From Eledone cirrhosa (taxonomy: Eukaryota): a stretch of DNA of 64,000 nucleotides. Below the pieces are notes generated by a model that saw nothing but the letters and a program-made list of their open reading frames with translations, made no database searches and was not told the DNA's origin. The stretch lies in contig OZ024742.1 in NCBI GenBank assembly GCA_964016885.1, positions 199,082,001 to 199,146,000 of the forward strand. Direction: 5' to 3'. Positions 27,101-40,066 of this stretch are shown here, one piece after another. The stretch's first letter is position 1. Each line of letters begins with the position of its first letter. The position numbers and the translations under genes were made by a program.

Positions 27101-28733
27101 CGCCATTGGGGAATTATGGCTGTTGATTTTAGGCATCATCTTCAGGTCGATGATGAAAATTTGATGAAGGCTTAATATTGAGCAACTGCTTGAAATTCAT
27201 TTGAAATGTTTAACAGATTTCAATTTGCCAATTCCTGATGAAGAAATGCAGCAACGTGTCTTAGCATTGAACATGAGATTGCAGCTTAGACGGTTGCCAC
27301 TCGATCGGAGGGAACTATTCCAGTTTGATCCACTGGAACAGCAACGTATTGTGAATGAACGTATGCCAATGTTGACCCAATCTCAGAGAGAATTAGTCGA
27401 TGGCATTCTCCACTCGATTTCCACTAATGAGCAACTTTGTGCTTTCATAGATGCTCCAGGAGGCACCGGAAAGACATTCTGTTTCAACACTATGTTATCG
27501 GCAGTCAGAGGTCAGAGGAAGATTGCTCTCCCTGTGGCCACCAGTGGGGTCGCTGCCACTTTGCTGAATGGTGGAAGGACCGTCCACTCATGCTTCAAGG
27601 CTCCATTGGCTCCGGATGAGTTGAGTGTCTGTAACATTACAGGACAAAGTGAACTCGCGGGCCTTATACGCAATACGTCTCTGATTATTTTGGACGAGGC
27701 TCCAATGGCACACAGATATTTTCTGGAGGCATTGGACAGAACTTTAAGAGATATCTGCGGTAGTGACCTGCCATTCGGTGGTAAGACTATCGTTCTTGGT
27801 GGCGATTTCAGAAAGGTGCTACCAATTGTTAGGAATGCTCAAAGAGCGCAAATTGTCGATGCATGTCTGAAAAAGTCCTCGCTGTGGCGCCATTTCAGTG
27901 TTTTGTGATTACACGATAATATGCGACTTCGTATATTCAGGCAAAACGAAGAGGCTGAGCCATACGGCCGATGGTTGATGCAGTTGGGAAACGATGAATT
28001 GCCACATGTTGGTGATAATCAGACTGTAAGAATCCCAGACCATTTGGCCATGCCACTGGACCGCCAAGCATTGATTGACTGGGTGTTCCCTAATTTGAAT
28101 GCTTTTTGGCAGAATATCTCCTGGATATCGGAACGCGTTATTCTAACTCATACGAATGCAACGGTCGATGAAATAAATTCACAAGTAGCCGGAATGTTTC
28201 CTGGAGAGGATTGGTTGACCGTCAGTGCGGATGCAATGGAGCCTAATCAGCAGAACAATATGGATGTTCCGACTGAGTATCTGAATTCACTTCAAATATT
28301 CGGATTTCCCCCACATATTTTGAGGTTGAAAAAGGGTATGCCGATTATATTGCTTAGAAATATCAATCATAAAATGGGTCTTTGCAATGGTACCAGATTG
28401 ATTAATGGAAGAGTTTTAGAAGCTAAACTCCCAGACAGAGAGGAATTGGTTCTCATTCCGAGGATCATGCTGAGACCAAATGAAGATCTGCTGCCATTCA
28501 TTTGGCAAAGGAGACAGTTTCCAGTCAATTTGGCCTTCTCCATGACTGTCAACAAGGCACAGGGACAGACTTTCAAGCGAGTCGGTGTCTACTTGAATGA
28601 TCCAGCATTCAGCCATCGGCAACTGTATGTTGCTGCATCTCGAGTATGCGATCCTGATGGTATAAAATTTGCAATTGATACCACTAACAGAGGAACAACC
28701 CTGAATATTGTCTATAATGAAGCTTTGAGCTGA
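24186..28733 (+). pseudogene. Helitron Rep/Helicase (HUH endonuclease + PIF1-like SF1 helicase), disrupted
   Basis: Rep motifs FITVTCNPEW, EFQKRGLPHAH (HUH), KYLFKYVYKG; helicase motifs GGTGKT, IILDEAPM, GDFR.VLP, MTVNKAQGQT, QLYVAASRV. In-frame stops at ~25686, 26210, 26777, 27906 and frameshifts at ~25955 and ~27175. Confidence 0.95.
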
Positions 28734-29271
28734 TGTATGCATATCTTTAATGCTATCAATAAACGACATAAATGATTCGGACAGTGGTGCCCTTTCATCA
28801 GTATTGTGAGCTTCGACAGAGTTATCATTTATGTTCAATGTCATTTATTGTCGATAATGAGCAATAAAAACCAACAAGTATTGGTAGAAATTGCCTTCAA
28901 ATTTATCGCTTCTGATTGCAGTGGTAATAAAACCTCATCATATGCTGAGTCTGGCAAAAAGGTTGGATCCTATGGCCGGCCAGGGCTAGAGTAATATTGA
29001 AAAATGATTCTATTTTCGAAGTAGAAGGATCCGCCATTTGGAGTTCAAACCAGGCGACCTCCCCGAGTTGAACTCTGGGCAACATTGACTGTCTAATACT
29101 CAGTGGCTAAGATCTGGAAATTACTGAATAAATTTTTGTGTCATATAATTTGTTGTTTTATTATTATAGCTGACCACTTATAGATAAGTATCTTATCCAT
29201 ATTAATTTGGCATTTGTATAAACCATTTCAAGTAAATAGGGACCTCTTTTATATTAATTATCTATATCTAT

Positions 29272-29618
29272 ATCTACATATAATATAAAAGATTGGAACT
29301 TCCATCATCCTTTTGAGAAACGTGGAACAACCACGTCTATGCAATGATACACGTTTTACAGTCAGGCAGAAGATGAACCATCTCCTAGAGGTCACTATTC
29401 TAGTGGGAGCACCTAGAATTGTTCATATACTATGCACAAACAGTTCAACGAAGAATCTGGTATATCTGGAAGATTTTTTTTACTGTTTTTTGTATCACAC
29501 AGACACCACGGACTCGCCTCATACTGTAACCAGACAAACATCCAATACAGTCATTTTCTCTTTTACCTGTCTTCTCTTATCATCTGTTTACCCGGGCGAA
29601 GCTGGGTACGTCAGCTAG
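29272..29618 (+). mobile_element. Small non-autonomous Helitron with helicase remnants
   Basis: TC-rich start, remnant IILLRNVEQPRLCNDTR, hairpin + CTAG end; same family as 51400-51813. Confidence 0.7.
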
Positions 29619-29854
29619 TGTATATTAATATATTAAAATTAATAAAACAAAATTGAAACTTAATCTTTCAAAGCATGTATTAAGTTATGGGAATATGAGC
29701 TGTCTCTAGTGGACACATTTTATTTTTCTCTTACAATAAGACATTTTTATGCCATGTCAGCAATACTTCCCTCCCTCCCCACTACTATTTTGTGGGGACT
29801 AATAGATATTTGAGCCAAGGGGAAATTCTCTCTCCTTACTAACACATTATTATA

Positions 29855-30211
29855 TTGGCAGTATCGGTAGAGGGTTGGACGCCATGCTTTCTAGCATAGT
29901 TACGTCCCTTTACAGTCTGAGTTCAAATCCCGCCGAGGTTCACTTTGCCTTTCATCCTTACGGGGTCGATAAAATAAAGTACCAGTAATGTACTGGGTAA
30001 TTGCTGGCCTTGTGCCTAAAGTAGAAACAATTATTATTTAAGGGTTGGACGCCATGCTTTGACGCATAGAGTTACGGCCCTTGCCATTCTGAGTTCAAAT
30101 CCCGCCGAGGTTAACTTTGCCTTTCATCCTTACGGGGTTGATAAAATAAAGTACCAGTAATGTACAGGGTAATTGCTGGCCTTGTGCCAATAGTAGAAAC
30201 AATTATTATTT
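29855..30211 (+). mobile_element. Tandem pair of tRNA-derived SINEs with Nin/Deu-like central domain
   Basis: Box B gagttcaaatccc, conserved gcctttcatcctt.cggggtcgataaaataaagtaccag, (ATT)n tail. Other copies 17402-17560, 21552-21750, 57398-57525. Confidence 0.85.
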
Positions 30212-31240
30212 AATTTTATTGCTTGATAATGAAAATTGATTGAATTTGTTTCCTTTTCTCCAGGGTAGCATAATTTATCCAATTTGTTTCAGTCATTTAA
30301 GGTTATTGTAGACTTTAATCAAAACTGTAACATCGTCATCATCGTTTTTATGTGTTTATCCAGTCTTGCATGGGTTGAATGAGATTATTTTGAGGGGGTA
30401 TTTTACACCTGAATGCCCTAGCTAACGCCAACCATTTTAGTTAACCTCTTAAGATTCATCACTGTTATTACGTCCGCTTTTCCATGCTTGCATGGATCCG
30501 TTTCAGCACAGCACCCCTCCACTTGTCACCTCCTCTTCCAGCCTTAGTGATTTGAGGTCAGCTCTCAACCTCTGCCCAGGCCTTTTTTGGTTGTCCTCTA
30601 CTGCGGCTTTCTTCCACTGGAATTTCCTAGTATTTCTTCACCCAGTGGTCATTATCCATACACATCACATGCCCATACCAACGCAGCCATCTCTCTTGCA
30701 CACCATCTCAGATTCCCCTTAAAACCCAGTGTTCCAGGGCTACAGGCAGTAGATCTTTAAACTACATTGTCCTATGTATGCTTTTTCCTAAGAATGTCAT
30801 GTGAGAGAGGTTTGGCTGGTATCTCTAGCAGGTTGAGTGACTTCCATAGAGGCTGTTTCATTGGGATTTGTGGATATATTTATTATTAACATGAACACCA
30901 TCATTGTTTATATGGCTACATCTCTATGCTTGCATGGATTAGACAAGATCTTTTCTGGCAGGTATTTTTCTATGGCTGGATGCCCTCCCTGATGCTGATA
31001 CATGCCTTATTCTAAGTATGATATATACCTGACCTGTACCATTGCTGTCTTGTCTAATATTCATTGTATATCTATTCTGAGTAGCACTTTTCTTTAGAGA
31101 CTATTGATGCCCTGGGAAGAGTAGTACTGTCTTTTAAAGGACCTGAAACTACAAAGACACCTAGCAGACAAATGGGAAGTCTCCATGTGTCTTACTTCAA
31201 ATTTTCCGTGTCCCTTGTTTGTCCTACATGTTAATTTTAG

Positions 31241-31276
<36 letters not shown>

Positions 31277-32684
31277 CAGTTTAGGTGGATAAAGATCTGA
31301 GTTAGTGCTCAGCTTCAGGAGGGGGTGGTATATTGAGTGACTGCAGTATGATCACAAATCAGAGTAGTACAGTAGACAAAAAAGCGCAAACTGTAAAGTG
31401 GCCTTGTTGGTGACACAACAAAAAGCGCCCAGTTCACACTGTAAAGTGGTCATGTAGGTGCCACAATAAAAAGCACCCAGCCTACACTGTAAATGGTCGT
31501 GTAAATGCCACGTCAAAGAGCACTTTGTCCACACAAAAAATCAAGGTTGACGTTAGGAAGGGCATCCAACCATAAAACTAAGCCAGGAACAGTTCTATAT
31601 GAGCAAGACACAGTCATCTGGTCTAACTTGTCTCAAAATGGAACAATTCATCTAACCCATGCTAGCATGGAAAAATGGACGTTAAATGATGATGATATAT
31701 ACACATACATATATGCACTTTCTGTTTGTAGAGGGGCTGTTCTAAACAACTCATCACCCATACACTTAACCATGCATGCACACACACACACACACTTATA
31801 CCCATTGTCACATTTCCTCAGCAACAAGATACTTAGAACTTGTCATAAGAAATAGGAGTGACTCATTCTAGTAGGGGCATGGAGCAGACCAGAGATGCTA
31901 TGACTAAATGCAAAAATTCTGATCACTTGTAACTGAAACCTTGTTGCTTTGAAGATTTATAGAGAGTAAATGGTGTTTTTATTATTATTTTTTTTTTTTT
32001 TTTACTTTAGTAATATACCTATCTTCCCTGGCTTTTGTTGTGGTTCTTGTTTTTCCTGACCACCAGGCTATGGTGGTATCCACAACAAAGATAGTAGGAC
32101 TATGTAAGGCTCTGTGACCATCACTATCACTCCAAAATTTTGGGTCATTTAACAGCAGCACTTGTCAACAAGGCCAAATAAACACATTTACTGTTGGTTA
32201 GAGAAAGAGAGTGACAGAGAGTCAGAGAGAGAGAGAGACAACAGGACAAAGCATCAGTGACAAACAGGCAAAAAGTCAGAGAGAGGGTCAGAAAAGGAGC
32301 GACAGATAGACAAAAAGTCAGAGTGGGAGAAGGAAAGTCAGTGTTGGGTGGTCACTCAACTACAGGCTTTATCCAATGAGTTCTCTCTTTTTTATAATAA
32401 TTGTTTCTACTTTTGGCACAAGGCCAGCAATTACCCAGTACATTACTGGTACTTTATTTTATCGACACCGTAAGGATGAAAGGCAAAGTTAACCTCGGCG
32501 GGATTTGAACTCAGACCGTAAAGGGACGTAACTATGGCGTCAAACCCTCTACCGATACTGCCAATTCACCGCCCTTACTACCAATTCACTGCCCTTATAA
32601 TAATAATAATGATTTCTAGTAGAGGCACAAGGCCAGTAATTTGGGGGGAGAGGAAGTTGATTAAATCAACCCCAGTACATTTAT

Positions 32685-33510
32685 AATAATAATGCAAATT
32701 ATTGTGTACAGTGCTCAGGTGCACTATAACTCATAAAAGGTACATGTATAGTACATGTATAGTACATAGAATAATGTCAGGAAAGTGAATAGTGTGCGAG
32801 TCATGATAATCTCACAGATACATGCATGTGAGTGTATGGAAGGAGAATATCAGGTGTAGTGTTGGTGAATTTCAGGAAGCATGGAAGTTTTGAAGGATGC
32901 AGTGTCCCAGTAACTAACAACTGATGCAGGTAGTTTATTCCATGCTTCAGCAACTCTGAGCGTGAAAAAATGTTTCCGAAAGTCATGGGAGCTGTGCTGT
33001 TTTCTCACTTTGTCGGCATGCCCACGGGTGTTAGACACATGGAAATCAAAAAGGTGCCCAGGGTTGTTGTTGGCAAGATGGTTAATAATTTTGTGGGTGT
33101 TTACCAAGTCAGTTGCCAGGCGTCGGAGCTTCAATGTATCCATGCCCAGGGAAGCAAGGCTTTCAGAGTATGGTAGATGCCTGATGGAGGGTATTCGCTT
33201 GGCTGCACGTCTCTGAACAGTTTCCAGGAGGTCAATGTTCTGAGCAAGATAGGGGTTCCAGACTGGTGATGCAAATTCTAAGTGTGGCTGCACCATAGCT
33301 ATATACAACTTTAAATAGATAGCTGGTGAGCGGCTGACAAAGGTCCTCCTGAGTGGTGCCAAGACACTCTCGGCATTCTTGACAATTTTAGAGAAGTGCT
33401 TTGTCCAACGCATATTGCTGCCGACAATAATGCCCAGGTCACATTCACAAGAAGACTTCTTGATATTATTGTGGAGGGAGTATGTGAATGCTGGGTTTTT
33501 CCTACCAAGT
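32685..33510 (-). mobile_element. CR1/L2-group LINE 3' fragment (RT C-terminus); second 3' piece at ~12868-13040 (+)
   Basis: LYIAMVQPHLEFASPVWNP...RGH..K..K....DFRKHFFTLRVAEAWNKLP; (ATT)n tail. Confidence 0.9.
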
Positions 33511-33744
33511 GACAGTAAAGTGATTTAATGTTTCTTCTTCTTGTTACAGCTCACATCTGTGAATACACGTGGCTTAGTAGTTAGGGTGTTGGTTCCTAGT
33601 TAATAAACTAATATCATATCAGTCACATATCTAATTGTATACATGTCACACTCACATGTCTAATTGTATACACGGTTGTCAGTTCCTCCAAAATATATTT
33701 ACAGCAATTAATTGGTAATACTGACCACAGGTGTCACAATTCTA

Positions 33745-34020
33745 CAACACACCTACAGATTATTGGTGACACTAAAATGGTGTGACACACCTAGGGACTA
33801 TTGGTGACACACTAAGGTGTTGTGACATACCTAGAGATTATTGGTGACAAAGTGTTGTGACAGATTATTGGTGACACACCTAGAGACTATTGGTGAGACA
33901 CTAAAGTGCTGTGACATACCTAGAGACTATTAGTGACACACTAAGGTGTTGTGACACATCTACAGATTGTCAGTAACATACTAAAGTGCTGTGACACAAT
34001 TAGAGATTATTGGTAACACT
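33745..34020. repeat. ~40-bp minisatellite, about 7 copies
   Basis: Unit cacacctagagactattggtgacacactaaggtgttgtga. Confidence 0.85.
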
Positions 34021-34189
34021 AGTGCACATGATGTTCTTACCTGTAACATTTATGTGTGAGTAGAGGTATATATAGATGCATATGTAGTGTATATGAGTAA
34101 TGGGATGAGAAGTAAAACACACAGTTTGACAGAAGGGGAAGAGAAACAGGCATACACATTTAGAAATAGACATATATTGTCGTCATCAT

Positions 34190-34580
34190 TTAATGTCCAT
34201 TTTCCACATTAGCATGGGTTAGAAGGGTTGTCCCATTTAAGGTAAGGTGGGTCAGGTGATCGTGTCTTACTCATATAGGACTGTTTCTGGCTAGGTTTCT
34301 ATGGCTGGATGCCCTTCCTAATGCCAACCACATTTACAGTGTATGCTGGGTGCTTTTTGCTGTGACTCCTACACGACCACTTTACAATGTGGGCTGCATG
34401 CTTTTTGTCATGACTGCTACATGACCACTTTACAGAGTGTACTGGGTGCTTTTTGTCATGACTGCTACATGACCACTTTACAGAGTGTACTGGGTGCTTT
34501 TTGTTGTGACACCTACACAACCACTTTACAGTGTGGACTGGGTGCTTTTTGTCATGACACCTACATGACCACTTTACATA
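34190..34580 (-). mobile_element. SINE with RTE-like 3' tail (TGA)n and internal ~40-bp tandem units (many copies: 2060-2420, 9480-9745, 31380-31695, 42190-42405, 50430-50660, 50930-51150)
   Basis: Shared ggaagggcatccagc...cccatgctagcatggaaaa..gacgttaaatgatgat; unit ctgggtgctttttgtcatgacacctacacgaccactttacagtgtgg. Confidence 0.8.
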
Positions 34581-35115
34581 CACACACATACACACACACT
34601 CAAGCTTCTGCAGATTCTATCTATTAAATTACGCCATCAAGGCATTGGTCAACCCAAAGCTATTGTAGAAGATGCTTGCTCAAGGTGCTGCACAGTGGTA
34701 CTGAACCCCTTAACCACACAGCTATGCCTGTGCCTATATGTAAGAAAGGAAGGATATCAGAGACATAATCCAGATAGTAAATAGTTTCATTATAGAAATG
34801 TGTGTGTGTAGTTCTATCCTGATATAGATATATCAGGATAGAACCAGTTTAGAACTAGTTAGACCATTACTCAACAGAGTACTCAATACTTGGGATAATA
34901 GAATATGGTTATATTATAAAGAGTCGGGACCTGACGGGATGAATATATATATATTAATTAAAGGTTAATTAGTTGAATTATTGGTGGTTCCAGTAAGAAT
35001 TATCCCCCATATGAAACCATGGTAGGGAGATCTATATATAAGCAAGTTTAGATAGAATATTTTTTTGTCTTTCTTGTACACCCAATTTTAAATTTAAAAA
35101 AAAAATATATATATA

Positions 35116-35473
35116 ATTCAATGATATTAAATAAATGGAAACTATATTTATAAAACCATATTTATTTTATTATATATATTTCAAGGGTAACCAAGACAAC
35201 ATTGGTACACTTTCATCAGATAAAATACAAAGTTTGTTTTATAAATAGAGACATACCCATGAAAATCACACCTTATCGGTTGGAAATTCACTATCCAGTG
35301 AATTTCCAACCGATAAGGTGTGATTTTCATGGGTATGTCTCTATTTATAAAACAAACTTTGTATTTTATCTGATGAAAGTGTACCAATGTTGTCTTGGTT
35401 ACCCTTGAAATATATATAATAAAATAAATATGGTTTTATAAATATAGTTTCCATTTATTTAATATCATTGAAT
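35116..35473. repeat. Perfect 358-bp palindrome (177-bp arms, 4-nt loop ATCC)
   Basis: Arms are exact reverse complements on visual comparison; the ORF track gives near-identical peptides on both strands. Confidence 0.95.
35362..35426 (+). ncRNA. Minimal type I hammerhead ribozyme (mirror copy on minus strand 35163-35227)
   Basis: tattttat-CTGATGA(35370)-stem II-GAAA(35407)-T atat A-TA-ataaaata. 8-bp stem I, palindromic loop III, predicted cleavage after 35418. Confidence 0.85.
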
Positions 35474-35559
35474 ATTTACTCCTTTTTATCAGTTGAGTGC
35501 TCTAAATCAGTTATAAACATTTGTTTGTCAGACTTCCAACAAATTAAATACCACTTCTA

Positions 35560-35604
<45 letters not shown>

Positions 35605-35907
35605 GCTCGTGCACGCACACACACCAGTTTTTAATTAGAGTTTTGAGTCACTAACACACACTCATCCGCATTTGGACAACCCTAACCGTAACCCCAAACC
35701 TAACCCCGTCGCTCCCAACCTGAGTTCTATGGCTCCCTGGATGTCGGCAAAGGTTTTACCTGGGAGCCTTGTGAGATAGGTTACAAATTTCAAGTACATT
35801 GCTAAAAACATACCACACACACATTACTGTGTATCCATTCTTCTCAAAGTATAAACATTTCTCTCCTTTCATTGTTATTCTTATTGTATGATAATCTTAA
35901 TCTAATT

Positions 35908-36211
35908 CAGGGGTGTGCAACATATTCCATTGGCAGGCCACTTTTGAACATTGGAGCAACTATTAGGACCATTAATATTTATTAAGCACTATTCCAAAGA
36001 TTCACAACTTCTTTCCATAACATGGAACTGGGAAATTATAACACACATAACTCTATCAGTGAAGCCCTTTAGTATAGGTCAACTAACAGAAAATTGTATT
36101 ACGGTTACAAAAAAAAATTCTAAATAAGCCTACAAAGGTAAAATTAAAAACAGTCATTGTGAACCACTCTGATCGGATTGTGGCCCGCGGGCCGCCTGTT
36201 GCACGTCCCTG
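35908..36211. mobile_element. hAT (Charlie-like) MITE
   Basis: CAGGGG...CCCTG termini; 8-bp TSD atctaatt/atctaatg. Confidence 0.85.
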
Positions 36212-36448
36212 ATCTAATGTATGAAACATAACTTAAAGATTCTTACATAAAATTGTGATGGAAGGATTTTAGATGAATAAATACTTTAAAATAACAGCTT
36301 AGTAACATATAATCAGAAGTGGCTTCAGGCAGTTCGGTATCAAAAAGAGTAGTTAACCTCAACCCGAAAGCCTAATTGAAAGTTAACTTTAAGAATTAGT
36401 GTTCGCCATTTGTACCTTCTTTTTTTTAATTGGTGAGTATATAATTGT

Positions 36449-36492
<44 letters not shown>

Positions 36493-36725
36493 ACTGATAC
36501 GGTACTATTAACTTTACTACTACTACCTATTACAGTAAGCAAAGTGGCTTTGTCAGCAACTTTCTGCTAAACAGCAACCGTCAGTTTTCAGGATTATATA
36601 CACACACACACGCATTATATATATATATGTATATATGTGTGTGTGTGTGTGTGTGTGTATATGTATACATATATATGTGTGTGTGTGTATATGTATACAT
36701 ATATATGTATGTGTATATATATATA

Positions 36726-36902
36726 AAGTTTATCCCAGGTTCAATCGGGGGTAACCACAGTAAGTAAGATACTCAATACATAGGGTATAAATATTTAATA
36801 TAGAAATGGTTTCTACAAGACTAGAACTGTTTCATTCGGGGCTTCCTGATTATTTCTCCCGAATGAAACAGTTCTAGTCCTGTAGAAGCCATTTTTATAT
36901 TA
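36726..36902 (-). mobile_element. Short pLTR-like insertion with 45-bp inverted arms (family also at 42680-42880 and ~55580-55730)
   Basis: Inverted repeat 36796-36840/36858-36902; CTGATTA...GAAACAGTTC core; GTATTGAGT motif in the tail. Confidence 0.6.
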
Positions 36903-36925
36903 CACACACACATATATATATATAT

Positions 36926-37337
36926 ATAATATAAGATTAAAAGATGGTTAAAAGATTTCCAAGTATTTTATAATGCGCATTTCAAAAACAAATATCATGA
37001 GATGATATCTGCGTTTTCATCAGATAAAATAGGGATACATGATATGAAGGTTAAAAAACACTTGTGAATAGTGAAGTTTTAAATCAACTGCGTTTTCATC
37101 AGATAAAATAGGGATACATGATATGAAGATTAAAAAACACTTGTGAATAGTGAAGTTTTAAATCAACATATGTTGATTTAAAACTTCACTATTCATAAGA
37201 GTTTTTTAACCTTCATATCATGTATCCCTATTTTATCTGATGAAAACGCAGATATCATCTCATGATGATATTTGTTTTTGAAATGCGCATAATAAAATAC
37301 TTGGAACTCTTTTAACCATCTTTTGATCTTATATTAT
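36926..37337. repeat. Long inverted repeat with internal 79-bp tandem duplication
   Basis: Centre caacat|atgttg at 37169/37170; left arm duplicates 37009-37087 as 37088-37166. Confidence 0.9.
37229..37299 (+). ncRNA. Minimal type I hammerhead ribozyme (mirror copy on minus strand 36964-37031)
   Basis: tattttat-CTGATGA(37237)-long stem II-GAAA(37280)-T gcgc A-TA-ataaaata. Predicted cleavage after 37291. Confidence 0.87.
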
Positions 37338-37994
37338 TTATACTCCAGTCCTACAAACTGTAGAGTGCTACTTATCCGATATTTGCATTGCTTTATTGTA
37401 CTACAATAAAACTCACCTACATATATATATATATATACATTACACAATACACGTGTAAATGTGTCAAATCAACGAAGGGGTGACTACGTGGTCGAATATA
37501 TGTCAGAAATAGCAGCCAAAATCTCCCTCAAATTCACTCTAGAGTTTTAAAAAAATACAATAAAAATAGTACATATATTATACTTGTAAACTAAACCAGT
37601 TCGTGGGGTGGGGTCTTCCTACAGGGCTTGTCAGTGAAGTTTGACAGCTTTTCATGACATTCTAAAGTTACTTTAATAATTGTTTCTACTTTAGGCACAA
37701 GGCCAGCAATTACTCAGTGCATTACTGGTACTTTATTTTATCGACCCCGTAAGGATGAAAGGCAAAGTCAACCTCGTATTCTTTTATGAAATGGTATATA
37801 AATATTTTTCTATAAGAGGGAAAATGTGTATACATATATATTCTTTCTATTATCAAGATTAAGTGTTCTTAAGTTTCTTGGTAATCTCCGAGGGAGTCGT
37901 ATCGTAAAATATCAATTTTAAGTGTTTCTTTTTAAGTTATTGTTGGGTTTTGTATCATGAAAAATGTTAAAGGTCAGACACCATTGATGTAGAT

Positions 37995-38153
37995 CAGTGG
38001 TTACCAACGTGGGTTCCACAAAGGAGTGTCTGGAGTTCCGTGAAAAATGTAGAGGAGTATATTTATATTATGACCATATTAGACTTTAGGGTTCCCCCAA
38101 AATGTTTCTGAACCAAAAAGGGTTCCGTATTTGAAAAAGTTTGGGAAACCCCG
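37995..38153. mobile_element. hAT (Charlie-like) MITE with duplicated right end
   Basis: CAGTGGTTACCAAC start; 8-bp TSD atgtagat; end plus TSD repeated at 38162-38187. Confidence 0.82.
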
Positions 38154-39868
38154 ATGTAGATAAAGTTTGGGAAACACCGATGTAGATAAAACTATAACTA
38201 AAGATAAGGTCACGGATTAAATGTCGTTATCATAAACCAGTTAAATGATGACTGACCTGGGGCGAATTATATAGAATGCTACATTGAATAAAGTAATGTT
38301 AGATATGCAATGATATTTTTACAAAATCTATTAAAAAAAAAAGAAAAAAAAAGGGTCTGTTGACGACGGGAATGTTTTTGATCATAAGGTCTGCTAAATA
38401 GGCTTACCTCGGGTTAAACAACATTACACGTGTTCACGTCAAGACACTTGACATATTTTTTCATAACATATTGTATTTCTTGTCTCGACCCACAAAACAT
38501 TCGTCGCAACTCGGATAGGATTTGAAACCTCAGCAAAATATTAGTAAATGTTTTATACCAGGGGTTGTCAACCTGTTTTTCGTCCCATCTACCCCGTGGT
38601 AAAACTTTTCGAAAGTAAACTTACATAATAATAGTTCAGTGATCCCACTCGACGTTTGTTTCCTCATAACAATTCGTATTTTAAATGAAATTTTGCAGAG
38701 TTACGTTTTCCAATAAGAGTAATTTAACTATTTTAAAATATTTTCATTATTGTATACTTCCGTTTGTTAATGCTTTCAATCTGTGTTTCTAGAGTAGGTT
38801 AAACATAAACTGGGTAATTTTTTCATCTTTTAATTTCATGTTGATAATAAATAACATTAACCAGGATAATGTAATACATTTTCTATTAGAACGTAATTGC
38901 AAACTACAACTATGGATTACAATAAATATATATTTTATTATGAAATTTCATCAATATAACCGTAATCTACACCTTCGAAAATGTAGATCTGCAAAATTTC
39001 ATTTAAAAATATGCATTATTAAGAAAGGTATGAAGAAACAAATTCGGGAGGGGGGGGGACTAAACAATTACAGTTATGTCAGTAAAATTACATACCCCCA
39101 CCTCCACATCCTGTTTCGCTTAGTTGAGTTTATACACGTCTACGTAATGTGTGCATGTGTTGGCCTCCGTCGGGTCCGACGACGAGTGTTCCATTTGTTC
39201 CAACAGCCTGCTCGAGAAATGAACTCTTTTGATACCATATTTCTGATAGAATACACTGACTATTATTTTCAAATCATTCTGAAAATAATTAAAGATTTGT
39301 AGACATTTTGTCATATAACTTTCTCATTAGTAAGTTGGTGTATGAAACAACTTAACAAAGGCTCTTACACAAAATTATGATAAACATTAAAAAAAAAAAC
39401 TTTCAAATAAATGGATTTGTATCATAGAACCAAACTCAGTTTCAGCTGTAGTCATCAATATGTGTGTTAACAAGGCTGGCCCTTTGAATTAAGGGTACAA
39501 CTCATTTTGCCAGCTAAATGGCCTGGAACAAGTCGAAATAAAGTGTTTTACTCGAAATAAAGTGTTTTACGCTGCCGGGAATCGAAATCGCAACCGTCAG
39601 TCAAACACCCTTCACTATTAACAAAGAGAGTTTTTTTTTTAATACTGGTTTTAAACATTATTATTATTCGGAGTCGATAAAATAAAGTACCAGTAATGCA
39701 CTGGTATAATTGGTGGCCTTGTGCCAAAAGTAGAAATAATTATTATTGAAATAAAGAAATTATTACATGGTAATTAAGAAGTATAAAATACAAGGGCGTA
39801 TCATTGACAATAGATCTCCCATGGAGAAAAAGATGAAATATCTGGTTCGATTCACCGGATTTACCTCG

Positions 39869-39910
<42 letters not shown>

Positions 39911-40066
39911 AATATATACATACATAGTGTCCCCCAAAAATGTATACACACTTTGTACAGTCAATATTTATTAGAATGCTGCTGAAGTGTGTATACATTT
40001 TGGGGGGGACACCCTACACACAAACATACATACACAAAACGACGAAGGAATTATAAACTTAACCTT

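Larger units (their letters stand above)
23359..29618 (+). mobile_element. Autonomous-type Helitron (rolling-circle transposon), decayed
   Basis: 5' A|TC at 23359, subterminal direct repeats, RepHel ORF, GC hairpin + CTAG|T at 29615-29618. The 3' end may belong to a nested small Helitron. Confidence 0.85.

Noticed and set aside
29855-30039. tRNA-like box A/B sequences
   Set aside because: SINE heads; no complete cloverleaf.
34035-34043. Perfect minus-strand donor CAG|GTAAGA
   Set aside because: No convincing acceptor or reading frame upstream; insufficient alone.
33745-34580. Regularly spaced ~40-bp repeats resembling a CRISPR array
   Set aside because: Head-to-tail degenerate units without unique spacers; eukaryotic context; no cas genes.
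35678-35710. Telomere-like ccctaa units
   Set aside because: Only 3-4 degenerate units.
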